From positions 1-25,761 of IMG/VR virus record IMGVR_UViG_3300047479_000021: a stretch of DNA of 25,761 nt, one strand, 5' to 3'. The notes below the pieces were generated by a model. The model did no database searches. It worked only from the letters and a program-made list of their open reading frames with translations, and was not told the DNA's origin. Positions 23,125 through 25,761 of the stretch are shown one piece after another. Position 1 is the first letter of the stretch, and every line of letters starts with the position of its first letter. Source of the DNA: a virus. Lineage: Duplodnaviria; Caudoviricetes. A program made the translations under genes and the position numbers.

Positions 23125-23255
23125 ACGATAGATTGAATGCGATTGAAAGACTTCTAAAAGAGCTTGACGACAAAATCAAGGCAATTGAGGCCAAAGTGAT
23201 GAAGGTTGAACTTTTAATACCAGCACCTAAATCGAAAAAGGCAGGGAGCGCCTAA
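23121..23255 (+). CDS. Small coiled-coil protein (44 aa, below track cutoff)
   Basis: SD GGAGG; ATGA overlap; MNDRLNAIERLLKELDDKIKAIEAKVMKVELLIPAPKSKKAGSA. Confidence 0.55.
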   Translation: MNDRLNAIERLLKELDDKIKAIEAKVMKVELLIPAPKSKKAGSA

Positions 23256-23414
23256 GTGATTACCGGGAAGTCTGGTTCTTATCACGTTAAAAGTGAAAGC
23301 GGCCGCAATCTTGGTGGGCCTTACAAGACCCGTGCAGAGGCCGAAAAGCGTCTTCGTCAGGTCGAATGGTTCAAGCACAAAGGCAAGCATAAGACGTTGT
23401 TAGGTGGTAAGTGA
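23256..23414 (+). CDS. Small basic phage protein (52 aa, below track cutoff)
   Basis: SD GGGAG then GTG; SGRNLGGPYKTRAEAEKRLRQVEWFKH; GTGA overlap with next gene. Confidence 0.6.
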   Translation: MITGKSGSYHVKSESGRNLGGPYKTRAEAEKRLRQVEWFKHKGKHKTLLGGK

Positions 23415-23737
23415 TTGACTCCGATGAACAGCGAGCCGAAGCGCAGCGTAAAGCCCTTCTTGCCGATGAAGCCCACTATAACGCTATCAAGCGGGTATTT
23501 GGCACTGAGGAGGGCGCGAATATTCTTGAATGGCTTCTCACTGACCTGTGTGGATACTGGCGCGGGAGCCTTGTTACTGAGCGGGAACTGGGACGATTTG
23601 AGTTGGGACGTACTATCTTCAATCAGGTGTGCATGGCCGATATTGAGATAGCGCACGGGTTGCTCGACCGCAGGCGGCGCCAGGCCGAAGCGGTACGAAA
23701 CGAAGAAAAACGAAGGATTGAGAAAGCAAGCGAATGA
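23411..23737 (+). CDS. Bbp19-like protein (between portal and scaffold)
   Basis: KRVFGTEEGANILEWLLTDLCG...ELGRFELG; position downstream of the portal. Confidence 0.65.
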   Translation: MIDSDEQRAEAQRKALLADEAHYNAIKRVFGTEEGANILEWLLTDLCGYWRGSLVTERELGRFELGRTIFNQVCMADIEIAHGLLDRRRRQAEAVRNEEKRRIEKASE

Positions 23738-24255
23738 AAGCAATGCACTCAAGATGTGTTGAGCCTAATACCGAGATAGAGATTTTAAAGGCTCTGAAAA
23801 TAAACTTTGATGACTACAAGTTAAAACTCAACCTTGCCTGTGGGGCAGACTACCGCGAAAGGTGGGTCAATCAGGATTTCGATAGGCGTGTCAGGGCAGA
23901 CCTTTACTGCGATCTTGAAGAAATGCTTCCAATAAGAGAAGCATCTTTTGATCTTATTTATGCGTGTCATATTTTGGAGCATATTCAGAACTTGCAGGAA
24001 TTGAAGGCCGAGCTATACAGGGTTTTGAAGCCGGGTGGGATATTGGTGTGTATCGTTCCTCACTACCTTTCAATAGACGCCTGGGGCAACCCGCAGCATA
24101 TACGGGCCTTCTCTAAGGACTCGTTTCATGTGGGGCAGTTCTGGCCGGGCGAATACGAGCCTTATATCGAACTATATGAAATGGATTTAAAGAACGACGA
24201 CGGCAGTTATCAAGCAAGATGGATCATAAGCAAACGGACTAAAGTGAAAGGATAA
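23734..24255 (+). CDS. Class I SAM-dependent methyltransferase
   Basis: KLNLACG, FDLIYACHILEHI, ELYRVLKPGGILVCIVPH, AWGNPQH. Confidence 0.85.
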   Translation: MKAMHSRCVEPNTEIEILKALKINFDDYKLKLNLACGADYRERWVNQDFDRRVRADLYCDLEEMLPIREASFDLIYACHILEHIQNLQELKAELYRVLKPGGILVCIVPHYLSIDAWGNPQHIRAFSKDSFHVGQFWPGEYEPYIELYEMDLKNDDGSYQARWIISKRTKVKG

Positions 24256-24259
24256 CACA

Positions 24260-24937
24260 ATGGCAGACACAGCAGGCACCCAGGACGCTGGGAAAAGCGG
24301 CGACAACGGCGCAGCGGCGCAATCAGGCTTCACGGCTCCACCCGAATGGGCCGAAGTCGAAACCTACAAGCCTTTTTTTGTCGAAAAGGACGGCGCTAAA
24401 CAATTTGATGTTCACGGCTTGGCGACCAAGTACGCCGAAACCGTGAAGCAAATCCCGGTAGTTCCGGCGAAAGCCGACGACTATAAAGTAGAGCTTCCAA
24501 AGGATTTCCCCATTGATGAGGTAGACGCCAAGCTCCAGAAGGAATTAGCCAAAAACCTCGGGCTGACTCAGGCGCAGTACGAAGGGATCGTCAAGCACGA
24601 CCTTTCGCGCTTCTCCCGCGTGGCCGATGAAATGGCTAAGACCGTCGAAGCAGCTAAGGCGGCACTTACAAAAGAATGGGGCGGCCCGCAGAAGTTCGAG
24701 GCGAACCTGGCAATGGCTCGTAAAGCCGCAGATGCTTTCTTTGGTCCTGGCGCTTTCAAAGATCACGACCTTGGAAACGACCCGACATTGATCAAAGGGC
24801 TTTACACGATAGCAACCAAACTTTCTGAAGATACATTAAAGAGCGGAAGCGGTTCTGGCGCGGATTCGCGGCCTATCGGAATCGACGGTAAGCCGATGAT
24901 CGACTACTCAAAAACGACGCCTGGGCCGACTCGCTAA
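24260..24937 (+). CDS. Capsid scaffolding/assembly protein
   Basis: VPAKADDYKVELP, AKNLGLTQAQY, LTKEWG...NLAMARKA, LGNDPTLIKGLYTIATKLSED; directly upstream of the capsid gene. Confidence 0.8.
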   Translation: MADTAGTQDAGKSGDNGAAAQSGFTAPPEWAEVETYKPFFVEKDGAKQFDVHGLATKYAETVKQIPVVPAKADDYKVELPKDFPIDEVDAKLQKELAKNLGLTQAQYEGIVKHDLSRFSRVADEMAKTVEAAKAALTKEWGGPQKFEANLAMARKAADAFFGPGAFKDHDLGNDPTLIKGLYTIATKLSEDTLKSGSGSGADSRPIGIDGKPMIDYSKTTPGPTR

Positions 24938-24954
24938 TAAAAGGAGATACTTAA

Positions 24955-25761
24955 ATGGGTGATGTAACTGATAGCAGACTTGGCCTTGTGGAAGTGGTCA
25001 AGAGGCATGATCCGAACGGAAACCTGGCGACTATTGCCGAAGTGCTGGCGAAAGCAACGCCTATCGTAAACGATGCCGTCTGGAAAGAGGGCAACGATAT
25101 TTTTAGCAACAAGACCGTGCGCCGGTCCTCGCTGCCTTCCGGAACCTGGCGCAAACTCAACTTCGGTGTTGCCAAGGAATCGAGCGACACGATTGAGATG
25201 GTCGATACCATCGGGATCTTGGAAGCCCGCGCCGAGAATGACGTTGAGATCATCAACGCTTTCGCCAACCCGCAGCAGGCCAGGATGGACGAAGCAGCGA
25301 GCTTCATCGAAGGGCTCCACCATGATTTACGGCAATGCCCTGACGGCCCCCGAGGAATTCACCGGGCTTGCGGCCCGCATGGACGCGCTTGCCGCAACGG
25401 CCAACGTCATCGGCGGCGGGGCCACAACGGGCGAGTCGATTTATTGCATTACCTGGGGCGTGAATACGGCTTTCATGGCCTATCCGCGCAATACCACGGC
25501 TGGCCTCCAGCACGAAGACCTCGGAGTCTTGGACGCCTTTGACAGCTCCGGCAACCGCTTCCGCGCCTATGCTGACCGATTTGTCTGGAGAGCTGGTATG
25601 GTGGTCAAGCACCCGAAGGCGATCGCCCGTTATGCGAACCTGGAAGGCACCGGCACCACGACCACGTTCGATGAGGACGAGCTTATCCGGCTGCTCAACC
25701 GCATGGTGACGGGCCCGGGGACCAAGATTTATGTGTCCCGTGAAATGCTGTCGCAGATGCA
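24955..25761 (+). CDS. Major capsid protein (BPP-1 Bbp17-like), frameshifted at ~25318 and running off the window
   Basis: SD AAGGAG; first frame LPSGTWRKLNFGV...EAASFIEGL, then the +1 frame from 25319 continues TMIYGN..PEEFTGLAAR...AGLQHEDLG...IARYANL, open to the window end. Confidence 0.85.

Noticed and set aside
25318-25542. C-terminal part of the 195-aa ORF 24955-25542
   Set aside because: Out-of-frame read-through after the frameshift; the capsid sequence continues in the +1 frame.
1-25761. All minus-strand ORFs in the track (e.g. 10675-11172, 15917-16561, 17258-17659)
   Set aside because: They are antisense to well-supported + strand genes and show no recognisable motifs.

Overview
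The whole window is part of a tailed dsDNA phage genome (podovirus-like, with BPP-1/T7-type portal, scaffold and capsid). Every credible gene is on the + strand. Order: tail fibre (5' truncated), two signal-peptide-bearing proteins including a beta-helix, lysis module, terminator, sigma70 promoter, Cro-like HTH and small early genes with a radical SAM enzyme, SSAP and Cas4-like exonuclease, a C5 DNA methyltransferase encoded in two overlapping frames, a promoter with attenuator-like leader, DCL/DUF3223 protein, replication initiator with iterons, T7-gp4-like primase-helicase, small genes, a structured non-coding region, a promoter, HNH, terS, terL, portal, SAM methyltransferase, scaffold and a frameshifted major capsid gene (3' truncated). 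No integrase or CI-like repressor is visible. Most notable: (1) at least five mostly AT-rich accessory genes are each bracketed by their own direct repeat that copies the neighbouring gene junction; (2) a terminator/antiterminator leader with a uORF precedes the replication operon; (3) the replication and packaging promoters share a palindromic operator; (4) two candidate structured ncRNAs, one tRNA-like. All family calls come from motif recognition by eye; no searches were run.
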